A DNA stretch of 64,000 nucleotides, taken from assembly GCA_951406725.2 (NCBI GenBank), contig OX597814.1, forward strand, positions 225,432,001 through 225,496,000, written 5' to 3'. The DNA is from Octopus vulgaris. Its lineage: Eukaryota. This document shows positions 1 through 13,985 of the stretch, piece by piece; the stretch's first letter is position 1, and every line of letters begins with the position of its first letter. Under the pieces are notes generated by a model that was not told where the DNA came from, made no database searches, and was given only the letters and a program-made list of their open reading frames with translations. Both the position numbers and the translations under genes were made by a program.

Positions 1-26
1 GAAGCATGAGTGTCACCACTACTACA

Positions 27-71
27 TGAACCTGAAGATTGCAGAATTTAATGCATGAAAGTACTAGTTCA
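27..71 (+). ncRNA. Type I hammerhead ribozyme motif (PLE-terminus type)
   Basis: tgaac CTGAAGA t-tgca gaatttaa tgca-t GAAA gtac TA gttca: stem I tgaac/gttca, stem II tgca/tgca, palindromic stem III agtact, CUA cleavage triplet. Confidence 0.7.
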
Positions 72-1077
72 ATCAGAATGAACATTTAACATTCTACTAT
101 TTTATTTTATTTTATTATATTATATTATATTATATTATATTATATCATTATAAGATTGTAAATAAAACGTGAAAATCAGACAAGGTTGGAATTCCTTTTA
201 TTAATATATTCTTCTATACACAATCACCCCCCACCCCCCGTATGTATATGCGTGTCTCGTGTCTAACCGACTTATAAGCTGTTCGAAGTATAAATATACT
301 GGAATCGATATAAATCTACAGAACAAACTGTGTGTTTCTACATGCAAGGTGGCCTGAAAATAGTTCAGCGGGAAATGCATTTGAGTGAATAAGTCCATTT
401 ACAAGTCTAAATATTGCTTCTGAAATGTTTATTAATGCGTTGCGGCAGGTGAACTTACCACCTAATACGGATAATTCAAATATCTCTCAAGTTTCACTAA
501 ATTTTAATATCTTTTAACTTGACTGTCACGATTGTATTATATCTGGACAAATTTGGGTCGCCCTCGTCATTTCAGTTTTAGCTGATGACGCGGTTAGTTG
601 ATCATTTTACAGGGCCAAATTTTATGCAGAGAAGTGATACTTGTTACGGTGAAGGATATATTAGTTCCGGTATATTTATAGTTTGAACTATTTTGAAGTA
701 ATTAGACAATATATATTATAGGCATAACACTAAAAAAATATTCTGTTGTGTCTAAGGAGAGTAATTTTATTTTTGTGCCTAATAATGTAACACACTCACC
801 GGTAAAATTTCCACTTTTTTCTTATTTTTATTTTCCGAAAATTTTCGTTGCGTCTTGCTACCTTTTCAATAGTTTTGACACAAAAAAGAAAATGACTCTC
901 CCCAGACACAACAGAACATGCTTCATCACACGAACTCATATAAAGAATCTTGCAAACCAAATCCAAAAACGAAACTAAAAATGTAATAACTTAGTCTTAT
1001 CAAACGGTCACGTAGTTTCCTGCTTCAATATTTAATTTCTAATGTATTTTAACAAATACCTACATATGTGCATTTAT

Positions 1078-1142
1078 GGGACTGAACCCAGAAGCATGTG
1101 GTTGGGAAACAAGCTTCTTACCACACAGCCACGCCTGCGCCC
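1078..1142 (-). mobile_element. tRNA-like head fragment of SINE family A
   Basis: Reverse complement reads ggcgcaggcgtggctgtgtggtaagaagcttg...gggttcagtccc, matching the heads of the full copies at 10452 and 21209. Confidence 0.75.
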
Positions 1143-1165
1143 ATAGCTATGGCTGCGCTTATACA

Positions 1166-1244
<79 letters not shown>

Positions 1245-1245
<1 letters not shown>

Positions 1246-1560
1246 CTTTATATATATAAAACTGAGAATGTGTGTCTGTCTGTCTGTCTATGTGTTTCCC
1301 TAAAACTTGAGAACTACACAACCAATTTCATTCAAATTTTACACATGCCTTACTTAGGGTCCATGTAGTTTCATTGGCAAAAAAATGTTCAGTTTCTTGC
1401 CTAGGGCGAGCCCATAGCAATATCATATCTTCTCCACTATTTCAGTATTACGTGTTAAAAGTGAAACAAAAACATTTCTCTATTTTATGTCAGATACTTT
1501 CACTTTAACAATAAAAATAATAATAACAATCGAATTATATGTAGTAAGTAATAATTAAAA
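1245..1560 (+). mobile_element. Non-autonomous Helitron-like element, 5' part (3' boundary uncertain)
   Basis: Starts A|TC-tttatatatataaaactgagaatg, then (TGTC)n and aaccaatttcattcaaattttacac; same architecture as 28350-29153; no CTAG end found. Confidence 0.5.
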
Positions 1561-1985
1561 TCAAACTAAAGTATAATATAATCGTAACATAACAAAAGTA
1601 AAAATAGCAATTGGTATAAAATTGCATCAATGCCTTGAACTTGAATAAGTGGTTTCACATAAATGGGAATAAATTAAAAATAAAATTAGCGTACAGAAAT
1701 GGAATAGTCCAGATGGATAATAAAAAATTAAATTAAAGAAAAGACTATTGTCTATAAAGTATAAAACGTAGAGAAAAAAGAAGATTTGAACACATGGAGG
1801 AAAGCACCTTCGAAAAGTGTCTTGGTGCGACTATGAAAGATATCTAATCAGAGGCGGTAAATTCGCCACAATAGAAGCAAGGTTCGAGTCAATGGAGTGT
1901 GCAAGGGAGTACTCGACTCGAACGTGCAAAGTAGAAATATTTTATTTTTACCTTTATATCTGGGATGTAGGACGTCTCGGAAAAA

Positions 1986-2024
1986 TGTATGTTATGTATG
2001 TATGTATGTATGTATGTATGTATG

Positions 2025-2055
<31 letters not shown>

Positions 2056-2618
2056 TGTATGTATGTATGTATGTATGTATGTATGTATGTATGTATGTAT
2101 GTATGTATGTATGTATGTACAATATGTATGAATGTATGTATGTATGTATGTATGTATGTATGTATGTATGTATGTATGTATGTATGTATGTATGTATGTA
2201 TGTATGTATGTATGTATGTATGTATGTATGTATGTATGTATGTATGTATGTATGTATGTATGTATGTATGTATGTATGTATGTATGTATGTATGTATGTA
2301 TGTATGTATGTATGTATGTATGTATGTATGTATGTATTTATGTATGTATGTATGTATGTATGTATGTATGTATGTATGTATGTATGTATGTATGTATGTA
2401 TGTATGTATGTATGTATGTATGTATGTATGTATGTATGTATGTATGTATGTATGTATGTATGTATGTATGTATGTATGTATGTATGTATGTATGTATGTA
2501 TGTATGTATGTATGTATGTATGTATGTATGTATGTATGTATGTATGTATGTATGTATGTATGTATGTATGTATGTATGTATGTATGTATGTATGTATGTA
2601 TGTATGTATGTATGTATG

Positions 2619-2652
<34 letters not shown>

Positions 2653-2706
2653 TGTATGTATGTATGTATGTATGTATGTATGTATGTATGTATGTATGTA
2701 TGTATG

Positions 2707-2737
<31 letters not shown>

Positions 2738-4177
2738 TTGTATGTATGTATGTATGTATGTATGTATGTATGTATGTATGTATGTATGTATGTATGTATG
2801 TATGTATGTATGTATGTATGTATGTATGTATGTATGTATGTATGTATGTATGTATGTATGTATGTATGTATGTATGTATGTATGTATGTATGTATGTATG
2901 TATGTATGTATGTATGTATGTATGTATGTATGTATGTATGTATGTATGTATGTATGTATGTATGTATGTATGTATGTATGTATGTATGTATGTATGTATG
3001 TATGTATGTATGTATGTATGTATGTATGTATGTATGTATGTATGTATGTATGTATGTATGTATGTATGTATGTATGTATGTATGTATGTATGTATGTATG
3101 TATGTATGTATGTATGTATGTATGTATGTATGTATGTATGTATGTATGTATGTATGTATGTATGTATGTATGTATGTATGTATGTATGTATGTATGTATG
3201 TATGTATGTATGTATGTATGTATGTATGTATGTATGTATGTATGTATGTATGTATGTATGTATGTATGTATGTATGTATGTATGTATGTATGTATGTATG
3301 TATGTATGTATGTATGTATGTATGTATGTATGTATGTATGTATGTATGTATGTATGTATGTATGTATGTATGTATGTATGTATGTATGTATGTATGTATG
3401 TATGTATGTATGTATGTATGTATGTATGTATGTATGTATGTATGTATGTATGTATGTATGTATGTATGTATGTATGTATGTATGTATGTATGTATGTATG
3501 TATGTATGTATGTATGTATGTATGTATGTATGTATGTATGTATGTATGTATGTATGTATGTATGTATGTATGTATGTATGTATGTATGTATGTATGTATG
3601 TATGTATGTATGTATGTATGTATGTATGTATGTATGTACGTACGTATGTATGTACGTATGTATGTATGTATGTATGTATGTATGTATGTATGTATGTATG
3701 TATGTATGTATGTATGTATGTATGTATGTATGTATGTATGTATGTATGTATGTATGTATGTATGTATGTATGTATGTATGTATGTATGTATGTATGTATG
3801 TATGTATGTATGTATGTATGTATGTATGTATGTATGTATGTATGTATGTATGTATGTATGTATGTATGTATGTATGTATGTATGTATGTATGTATGTATG
3901 TATGTATGTATGTATGTATGTATGTATGTATGTATGTATGTATGTATGTATACGTATGTATGTATGTACGTTGTATGTATAGTATGTATGTATAGTATGT
4001 ATGTATGTATGAGTATGTATGTATGTATGTATGTATGTATGTATGTATGTATGTATGTATGTATGTATGTATGTATTTATGTATGTATGTATGTATGTAT
4101 GTATGTATGTATGTATGTATGTATTTATGTATGTATGTATGTATGTATGTATGTATTTATGTATGTATGTATTTATG

Positions 4178-4209
<32 letters not shown>

Positions 4210-4219
4210 TGTATGTATG

Positions 4220-4253
<34 letters not shown>

Positions 4254-4313
4254 TGTATGTATGTATGTATGTATGTATGTATGTATGTATGTATATGTAT
4301 GTATGTATGTATG

Positions 4314-4345
<32 letters not shown>

Positions 4346-4431
4346 TGTATGTATGTATGTATGTATGTATGTATGTATGTATGTATGTATGTATGTATGT
4401 ATGTATGTATGTATGTATGTATGTTTGTATG

Positions 4432-4465
<34 letters not shown>

Positions 4466-4587
4466 TGTATGTATGTTTGTATGTATGTATGTATGTATGT
4501 ATGTATGTATGTATGTATGTATGTATGTATGTATGTATGTATGTATGTATGTATGTATGTATGTATGTATGTATGTATGTATGTATG

Positions 4588-4619
<32 letters not shown>

Positions 4620-5165
4620 TGTATGTATGTATGTATTTATGTATGTATGTATGTATGTATGTATGTATGTATGTATGTATGTATGTATGTATGTATGTAT
4701 GTATGTATTTATGTATGTATGTATGTATGTATTTATGTATGTATGTATGTATGTATGTATGTATGTATGTATGTATTTATGTATGTATGTATGTATGTAT
4801 GTATGTATGTATGTATGTATTTATGTATGTATGTATGTATGTATGTATGTATGTATGTATGTATGTATGTATGTATGTATGTATTTATGTATGTATGTAT
4901 GTATGTATGTATGTATGTGTGTATGTATGTATGTATGTATTTATGTATGTATGTATGTATGTATGTATGTATGTATGTATGTATGTATGTATGTATGTAT
5001 GTATGTATGTATGTATGTATTTATGTATGTATGTATGTTTGTATGTATTTATGTATGTATGTATGTATGTATGTATGTATGTATGTATGTATGTTTGTAT
5101 GTATGTATGTATTTATGTATGTATGTATGTATGTTTGTATGTATGTATGTATGTATGTATGTATA

Positions 5166-5201
<36 letters not shown>

Positions 5202-5765
5202 TGTATTTATGTATGTATGTATGTATGTATGTATGTATTTATGTATGTATGTATGTTTGTATGTATTTATGTATGTATGTATGTATGTATGTATGTATGT
5301 ATGTATGTATGTATGTATGTATGTATGTATGTATGTATGTTTGTATGTATGTATGTATTTATGTATGTATGTATGTATGTATGTATGTATGTATGTATGT
5401 ATGTATTTATGTATGTATGTATGTATGTATGTATGTATGTATGTATATATTTATGTATGTATGTATGTATGTTTGTATGTATGTATGTATGTATGTATGT
5501 ATTTATGTATGTATGTATGTATGTATGTATGTATGTATGTATGTATGTATTTATGTATGTATGTATGTATGTATGTATGTATGTATGTATGTATGTATGT
5601 ATGTATTTATGTATGTATGTATGTATGTATGTATGTATGTATGTTTGTATGTATGTATGTATGTATGTATGTATGTATGTATGTATGTATGTATGTATGT
5701 ATGTATGTATGTATTTATGTATTATGTATGTATATGTGCAGATTTGTATGTTTTATGTATGTATT
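1986..5765. repeat. Giant (TATG)n tetranucleotide array, about 3.8 kb
   Basis: Seen directly; nearly pure 2130-3950, increasingly interrupted by TATT and TTTG variants after about 4070. Confidence 0.98.
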
Positions 5766-5877
5766 CTCATGCATAGAGTTGCATATCTAAACATACTTAT
5801 GTATGTATGCATTTATGTATGTATGAATGAATGTAAGTATGTATGTGTATATGTGTGTCTGTGTATCTGTGTGTGAA

Positions 5878-7565
5878 GTCCATGCCGGAGCACCACCTTT
5901 TGGTACTTTTGGGTCTCCCTTCTGTACAGTTTTTGATGAAGCAGCGAATTGGACGGAGTTGCTCTTCGTTGTGGCACCTACTCGATGTAGGTTCATCTGA
6001 GATTTCAGACAGAATCCTTTTCAGGCGTTTTCTGAAGGTTTCCATACCGACACCTCACAAATCTCTGAAGTTGTTTGGCAGGTGTTAAACAGTTCTGGTC
6101 CCCTGAAATCCAAGCCGTTACGATACTGGGTTCTTATCCGAGATGAAGACAGTATCTTTGGTATTGCGCAGTGCCGTCCAGTTCGGTGGCTTGTATAGCT
6201 TTTTATTCCAACGTTGGGAGCTAAACCTTCCAGGATCTTCTATATGTCTATCACTGCATACCTTTCTCACCTTGTCTCCAGAAAGTAGTTTCAGTTCTTG
6301 TAGGCCCTCCCTGTAGCTCATCTGTTTCACCGAGTCAATCTTCTTTGTGTAGTAACGTTAGATTACCTCAAGTTCTGCCACCAATTTAACGCCCTGCGGC
6401 GACCACAGTGTTGACATCTTGGTAATATCTATATGGAACGTTGCATCACTATTCCTGTGGATTCCCAGATCATGCACCAATTCTATCTCTGGAATTTCAC
6501 TGCCCCTTGGTCCCATGTATTCCAATTGTTGTCTGTCTGTGGGCCGATAACGGAGTGCTTGAAACTTATCAGCAATGAACTGTATGTTATTTCAATCAGT
6601 CTATTTGTATATTGCATGCAGGTCGTTTTGCAGTTTTTGTATGTCATCAGATTCCTTGGTGAGAGTGGCTGACTGTTCGACAGAGGGAATGTCTGAGAGA
6701 GCCTCTACAAACAGTTGTGGTCCCAGTACAGTTACCTGAGGGACTCCGCTGCTGGACCCCGCTACGTGACTCCGCTGAGGGACTCCTCACCGGATTGATG
6801 ACTTCCCAGAGAGAGCACCATTGGCTGCGACTGCCTGACTTCTGTCTTTTAAAATGTCGTCCAGCTACACTCCCAGTTTTCCAGTGATACCAAAGTAACG
6901 TAGTTTGTGACATATTATCCTATGATCAACTTTGTCAAAGGCCTTGGCAAAGTAGTTGAGCTGCTGTTTCAGTACGCAATCGTAATGTTGTAATAGCTAT
7001 GTAAGGCAGCTCCTCCTTGGGCGGAAACTATATTGTGCTTGTGTTCAGGAATGTGTTCAGTCTCCTTCTGACAATTTGTTCCATGACCTTGCCAACATAT
7101 AAGGTGAGAGGGATTGGCCTGTAATTTTTAGCTTCTTCTCTTCTTCTTCCTTTATGAACAGGGCATATAATCCCCTCTTTTAACAGTTTGGGAAGTTTTC
7201 CACGTGCAAGGAAACTCATACAAAGTATCTGCAGTAGTTTTACGAGAACATTGGTGCATGTTTTTCGGAGAGCAACCGGAAATCCATCCGGGCTCGTTGC
7301 TGAGTTTGAGCTCATCTTATCAATGGCCGATATTGCATCTTCCTCCTTTACGTCGATGTAATCGATAATTGCATTTTTCCCTTTTACGTCTGCACTGTGT
7401 TGAAAAGCTCTTTAGGCTTGTTTACTTGCCTGTTTTCCAGTTGAGAGGTTAAGATGCTCTGGAATTGCTTAATAAGTATTTCACTTACCCTTTTGGGGTC
7501 TGCAGTCAGTTAGCCGTCTTCAAACAGTGGCCCTATCTTGTAATGCACTGAGGCAGACTTTTCGC
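5878..7565 (-). mobile_element. Degraded 5'-truncated APE-RT LINE (CR1/L2-like group), RT region and 3' end
   Basis: Minus-strand translation gives SPDGFP...ICPVHKG...NYRPIPLT, FDKVDHRIICHKLRYFGITGKLG, GVPQVTVLGPQLF and WSPQ, with stops and frameshifts; 3' end ggtggtgctccggcatgg. Confidence 0.85.
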
Positions 7566-7569
7566 GAAT

Positions 7570-7638
<69 letters not shown>

Positions 7639-7698
7639 ATGAGAGAGAGAGAGAGATAGCTAGATATACACTCATGCTCATGTCTACATCTATATGTC

Positions 7699-7770
<72 letters not shown>
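7570..7770. repeat. Compound (AT)n-(AG)n-(GT)n microsatellite
   Basis: Seen directly. Confidence 0.95.
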
Positions 7771-7771
<1 letters not shown>

Positions 7772-10451
7772 TTGTCGTTTTCCCGAACGTAATCTTGCTA
7801 TGGTTTGGTCATAAAAATTACTGAGTGTACTTTACTGAGACTGAGATCAGTGCTGGTATTTGGAGATGTATGCTGAATATAGCCAATGTACTGTATTTTA
7901 TTGATCTATGAGAAATGAAACAAAGTTTTCGGCGAAATTCGATCTCAAAATGGAAGACAGCGAGACGAAATACATTATGACACTTTGTATGGCGCCTTGC
8001 CCTTACTTTTAACTTACTAAACAAATAGTTTTTATTTCATCCAGAGCCTAAAGTATTTACATTTGCGGACATATTTCTCAATGTAATATGCCATGATAGA
8101 ATAACCATTAGTTTCACCATTGATTATTTTATCATGAAAATAGCAGTAGCCAGTCTACACGTAAATAATGGTTATAAACGGCATTTTATATTTTGTGTCA
8201 TTGACAGGAATATAGCCTCATCTGTCGCCTAACTTTGAATTATAATAAGTTTATTAGTTCTTGCTTGAATATACATCCCATCCAGCAGGATCCAATTGCA
8301 AAATTCGAACGAAATATTGAATTATTAAATAGACACGAGAAAAATTAAGGATAGAAGTGGTAACAAAGGCAGTTTGTTGTTTATGATTTACATAAGAGCA
8401 TTAGCTAACATTCTTTATGTATAAAATTCCAGAAATTTTTAAGAGAAAAGTATAATCGAATTAGGTTAAATTGAAAATGGCGCTTGGCAGTTATTTTAAA
8501 GAAACCAGAACAATAAAATGCGAAATTGAGTAAGTAGAGTTTGAACTCAAAAATTCTGATGGGGAAAATATTACTATGAGGCAGTTTGTTCGGAGCTCTA
8601 GTGTTTCTGCCCCTGTACTGACTGAATTCAAACTAGATACTGATCCCGTTACAGAATAAACAAAGAATCTGTACCTCTGGTGGAAGGTAACCGTGAAATA
8701 GTTTTTACTGCTCAAGATCTTATCCCCTACACTACAGAGCTCACTAAGTTTGCTATTTTCTTTTGGCAGGGAACGAGCATGCATTTTCAAGGAGAACAAA
8801 CAAAAATAATTTGGAAGTTGTGTTATTCATTTCTTAGCAGTTTTAATGAAGTGAAAGGTTAAGGGTAGACTTTAAATCTTTATTTCAGATTCTATATGTC
8901 GAAATTTAATTCTGCTTTCGAGTTCAAACAAAATTTTAACTGTTCGTATTTAAGACTGTAAATATGTTAAGAAGCAATATTGTCGATTAAAACTATCATT
9001 AAATGTTAGTGAATATATTCATATATTACTATATTGGTCTCATTGAGATGAAATGAAAAACCATCGTAGACGAGTGTTGGACTGAGAACGAAGGACGACG
9101 AAACTAATTATTCCAGGTTTTCCGATCATCGCCTTATCATTTTTGCCACGCTTTAATCTGAATGGATTAACCAATTTCTAACTAATGCCCTTATTTGTTT
9201 ATATAGGTTCAAATTTGATAGGAGAGCATATAATAAACTGGTATACATATAAACTTTCAATACTTCTTATCCAGCCAAAGAAGAGACCCGTATTTTCGTT
9301 ATCCTTTAAAAAATATAAAATGCCAATAGAGAAACTATAGATTTCTGAGTATTTTTGAATAATTTTGTTTGTTTTTTTGTGTTGTTTTTTTTTTTAAAGT
9401 TTTTTTTTATTGCCGACCTTATGCGTTTTCGTTGTTCGATTTTCATTGTTTTTTCTTGTTTTTTTTTTGTTTCTTTTTTTATTTCTTACTTTACTGCAAG
9501 GAACAGAAAATATTTTGTGCTATGTTCAAAAGTCTCGCACGCCTCATAACTTTCCGTCGGTGAGCTTTACTTTTTATTCAGAATTCAGTTACAACTACAT
9601 ATTTTAATTAAGATAAAATGTTGCTTCAAGAAAAGAGTCTGTGTATCGATTTCAAAAAGCATAAGTGGTTGGAATACCAGCTTCTAAATGTCGTTGAATG
9701 TGTAATGATAGTATAATCATTGTTACAATACCAACGGAGAGATATAATATACACAAGATTAATATCAAATTGTCAACTGAGGGAAAAGAAGCGTGTCTCT
9801 ATGTAGATGAAAACGGTACGTAATGTCTACTGTGTACTCCATTTTAAAATAAATATAGAGAAAGTAATATTAATTGGAAAAGTAACCATAGCCAGACTTT
9901 CAGGTTATATATACTTTTCGATGAAAACCTTCTAAAATACTAATTCAGTATTGATATCATTGTTGTATTGAAATTGTTTCATAGAGACAATGATGTGAAA
10001 GGAAAGAAAAAGTCTGATAAATTGATGTCTGAAATTAGGTTATGGGGAAAATGGATGAAATAGGTTGTTCGAGAGTTTAGATAATTTCGAATGTTGCATG
10101 AAGAGGAGAGTGATGGTTTATAATCAAGTCCCCCCCTCTTTTTCCCCTTTTTCTCTCCCTTTACGAACTGTTAGTCCCGTATTATTTTTGCTGTCGCGTC
10201 CATCCCTTCTTTCACAGGATTCTGTTTTATATGCATTACTTTTGACGAAGTGATGAATTGGTAGAGTGACTACAGTGTTAGAATACTCCGAAGTTTTCTT
10301 TGTGGCTCTTGAACTCTGAGCTCAAATTTTACTGCAGTCAACGTTGTCTTTAATCTTTACGGAGTTGATAAAAATCATCAATCCAGGACAACAAATTAGC
10401 GGAACTGATAAAGGGACAGACAAGATATCTTGTGGCATTCGTTGTAGTTTT

Positions 10452-10850
10452 ACTCTTTTACTTGTTTCAGTCATTTGACTACGGCCATGCTTGAGCGCCG
10501 CCTTTAATCGAGCAAATCGACCCCGGGACTTATTCTTTGGAAGTGCAGTACTTATTCTATCGGTCTCTTTTGCCGAACCGCTAAGTTACGGGAACATAAA
10601 CACACCAGCATCGGATGTCAAGCAATGCTAGGGGGACAAACACAGACACACAAACATACACGCACACACATATACATATACATATATACGACGGGCTTCT
10701 TTCAGTTTCCGTCTACCAAATCCACTCACAAGGCTTTGGTCGGCCCGAGGCTATAGTAGAAGACACTTGCCCAAAGTGCCACGCGGTGGGACTGAACCTG
10801 GAACCATGTGGTTGCTAAGCAAGCTTCTTACCACACAGCCACTCCTGCGC
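10452..10850 (-). mobile_element. Full-length tRNA-derived SINE family A (CORE-like domain)
   Basis: Pol III A/B-box-like head (tggctgtgtggtaag...ggttcagtccc), then ttgggcaagtgtctt core-like segment, internal (GT)n and tail gcatggccg...tgactgaaacaagtaaaagagta; repeated many times in the window. Confidence 0.9.
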
Positions 10851-11614
10851 CTCAATAGTTGTATACCTTCTGACAACAATGCCCTCGATGACACTGATGC
10901 CAAGCTGTGTCGGTTTAAGTCGGTGGCCATTCCCTTCGATAAACATCAGCACCGTGGAGAGAAGTGATTTATATGCATGGATAACAGCCAGTTTTCCTTA
11001 AATTATGTTACTTAGGCCCTGTGCGTACATGTATAGCTGCATGATCCACCTTGACCTATGGAGGTTCTATTTTTGGCTTGAGAAACGGTCAGTTAGTTTT
11101 ATTGAAAATATACAAAAATGATGATGAGAAGTTATAAACGTACGAAATAGAAAGCGAAATAACTAATATATACTTCAAGTTTTATGGATGAGTGTATGTC
11201 GTAAAGTCACATCGAAAACTATATATTATTACGTCACAAACAAGACTTCATCACAATACCATTAATGTATGACGTTATATGATAGATGAAATCCAATATA
11301 TATGTTCTTTCACATGTAAAAGATATATTGCGTTATGCGACTAACAGATTATATATGAAATATCGAGAATATTACAATATATGCATTCGTCTATGTATAT
11401 ATAAAAAATATTTATGAAACTTAAAATGAAAATTTAAAAAAATCAATATTTATGAACAAGATACTGGGTTTCAACACAAATGTTCTCGTCACGTTTCCAG
11501 TCAGAAATTTTCAACGACTTGTACTAACAACTATTTTCAGTTTTTGAAAACAATTACTAACTACCGATCTCCATGTTCCTTGTTGTTTAGATGATTGAAG
11601 AAATAGTAAGTTCT

Positions 11615-12160
11615 GACACAGACACAAGGCCTGCAGTTTGGAGTGAGATAGTAAGTCGATTAAATGAACCTCAGTACTTGAATGGTACGCTATTTTATCG
11701 ACCCTGGAAGTTCACTTAGGCAATATTTGAACATAACTCAGAAAGTCGGTTGAAATATCACGAAGCATCTTCTGCGACGCTATAAAGATTCAACCAGTCC
11801 ACAACCATTAATTTTTCTAACATAGACAGAAGGTCAGAAATTTGCGGGGAAGGGAATAACCCATTATATCTACCCCTTTACTGGTACTTTATTTATTGAT
11901 CTCGAAAGGATGAAAGGCAAAGTTGACCTTAGTGGGATTTGAACGTAGACTGCAAAGAGCCGGACCAAATACCGCAAGGCATTTTTTATTTTTTTGTTCA
12001 TCACTCTAATGATTCTGTGCCGATCTAAATAATGAAATTATTTCATATACACACACTATAAGGCGGACAGAATTGCTTAGCGGCATTTCGTCCGTCTTTA
12101 CGTTCGGGGTTCAGATTCCATCCAGGTTGACTTTGCCTTTCATCCTTTCGGGGTCGATTT
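11615..12160. mobile_element. Cluster of decayed SINE family B copies (Meta-domain-like), both orientations
   Basis: Repeated gcctttcatcctttcggggtcgat...agtaccag motif and its reverse complement. Confidence 0.7.
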
Positions 12161-12170
12161 CCCCTGAAAG

Positions 12171-12301
12171 TTTGGTACAAGGCCAGCAATTTCAGTGGAG
12201 TCGGTAAGTCCATTATATTGGCCCCTGTGCTTAACTATTAAGTACAGGGGCCAATATAATGGACTTACCCACTCCACTGAAATTGCTGGCCTTGTGCCAA
12301 A
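12171..12301. repeat. Near-perfect fold-back palindrome of the SINE B tail (64-bp arms, 3-nt loop)
   Basis: tttggtacaaggccagc...ctgtgcttaa CTA ttaagtacagggg...gctggccttgtgccaaa; three mismatches by eye. Confidence 0.9.
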
Positions 12302-12844
12302 ATTTGAAATCAGTACACACCCAATATGATAATCCTTTCGGTAGAGTGAGAGGCTATTCGACAACAATAACGTATCCAGAAATCCTTGCATACATTACAT
12401 GCAAGACCAGCAGAATTCATTTTAATTTCACGGTTCTTATCATACGCCTTCATATCATTAAAATAAAAAATAATACAACTTTATTTCCCCTTTCATCTAT
12501 CAGTCTGTGCTGAGCATCGTCTATCAAACGTGGCAACCAATGTTGATCCGCTACTTGATGTATGTTCAATAATTCTAAAAGAATATAATGGACTAGAAGC
12601 ACAAGGTCTGAAATTTTGAGGGTGGGCGATAGAATCTTTGTGACATTCCATCATAGTCTGTGTCACCACTAATTGCTCTTTTGTAGAGCCCATATATCTC
12701 CAGCATTCATTGCGAACCTGAACGTAGAGTTCAGCAGATATCTCATAAAAGTTTATTTTTAACACTACACAGAATTAAGTATTTGGAAATAAATGTGCAT
12801 GCTTCTGTAAATATATTCTAATATTGGTTTCAAATTGATTTCAA

Positions 12845-13040
12845 ATCTTGGTACAAGGCCAGACATTCGGGATCGGAGTAAGTCGATTACATTGGCACCA
12901 GTGATCAACTGGTATTTATTTTACCGACCCTGAAAGGATGAAAGGCAAAATCGACCTTGGCGGAATTCGAACTCAGAAAATGAAGTCGGACGAAATGCCG
13001 CTAAGCATTTTGCCTGGCGTGCTAACGATTCTGCCAGCTC
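12845..13040 (-). mobile_element. SINE family B (tRNA head plus Meta-like domain)
   Basis: gaaaggatgaaaggcaaa...cggaattcgaactcag...gctaacgattctgccagctc. Confidence 0.85.
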
Positions 13041-13719
13041 AATATATATTCCAATATTAATGATAACATGGACAAACTTATACACTCACTTGTGTAGAGT
13101 TGCTATATAATTGACACTCTGTTATATTCCAATATTTAAGTGAAGATATCTCTAAATTGCTTGACGTCCTGCAAATCTGGATAAGCAGAGTAAGCCATCC
13201 TTTGGTAAGGGTGATAATGTAAAAATAAAATTATGGAATGATAGAACAAGGAGAAATAAAACATTCATAAAATATTGATTTTTTTCCTCTTTGGCGCAAT
13301 ATTAGAAATTTATAGCCGAAAGAAATTAGATTGCATAACCTTCTGCCCTTCTGCAGGGTATTAGTGATGAGAGTCAAGTAAATTTCTGTCAACATGAAAC
13401 GTTTTAACGGTCGACGCCCTTAGAGACAAATATATTCGATTCTACACACTTTTGGACTACCACACTACTTCGTTACGCAGCAACTAACAATGAAGTTTCT
13501 ATGCAATCGTTCGACTTGCTAGAAATAGCAACCGCATCTTTTGCAAATCATATCATATCGTCTTAGAAAAGAATGACACGTTAGATATTGTGATCCAGGA
13601 TGCAATGTCCCAGAAAATCGAGCGTATAGTCAAGTCTGGAAAAGCTTTAATCATTGGCCTGCTTCATAACAAGCAAAGGAAAACTACTCCATTCTTCAAG
13701 AGTAGATGTTGATCTCAAT

Positions 13720-13900
13720 TTTTGGCACAAGGCCAGCAAGTTTGGGGCAAGGGGTTAAGTCGATTATTTCGACCCGTTTTATCGACCCCGAAAGGATGAA
13801 AGTCAACCACAGCGAAATTTGAATTCAGAATGTAAACACGTGTAAAATGCCGCTAAGCATTTTGCCCGACACGGTAACGATTCTTCCAGCTCGCCTCCTT
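13720..13900 (-). mobile_element. SINE family B
   Basis: Same consensus as 12845-13040. Confidence 0.8.
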
Positions 13901-13985
13901 AAAGTCTACGCATTAATATATTCCATCTACTTTAAGCAGCAAGTTGGCAGAATCGTTAGCACGGCGGACGAAATGATTAACGGTA

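Noticed and set aside
565-592. CTGATGA at about 583 as a hammerhead core
   Set aside because: No suitably placed GAAA, stem II or stem I; only a small local hairpin
1989-5876. Very long ORFs (up to 1243 aa) of MYVC repeats, and similar ORFs at 41152-42360, 50093-50850 and 61354-61688
   Set aside because: They are translations of stop-free (TATG)n or (TA)n microsatellites, with no coding evidence
6409-6912. Apparent TG...CA solo LTR inside the LINE
   Set aside because: The minus strand translates as continuous LINE RT (CHKLRYFGITGKLG...GVPQ), so the termini are coincidental
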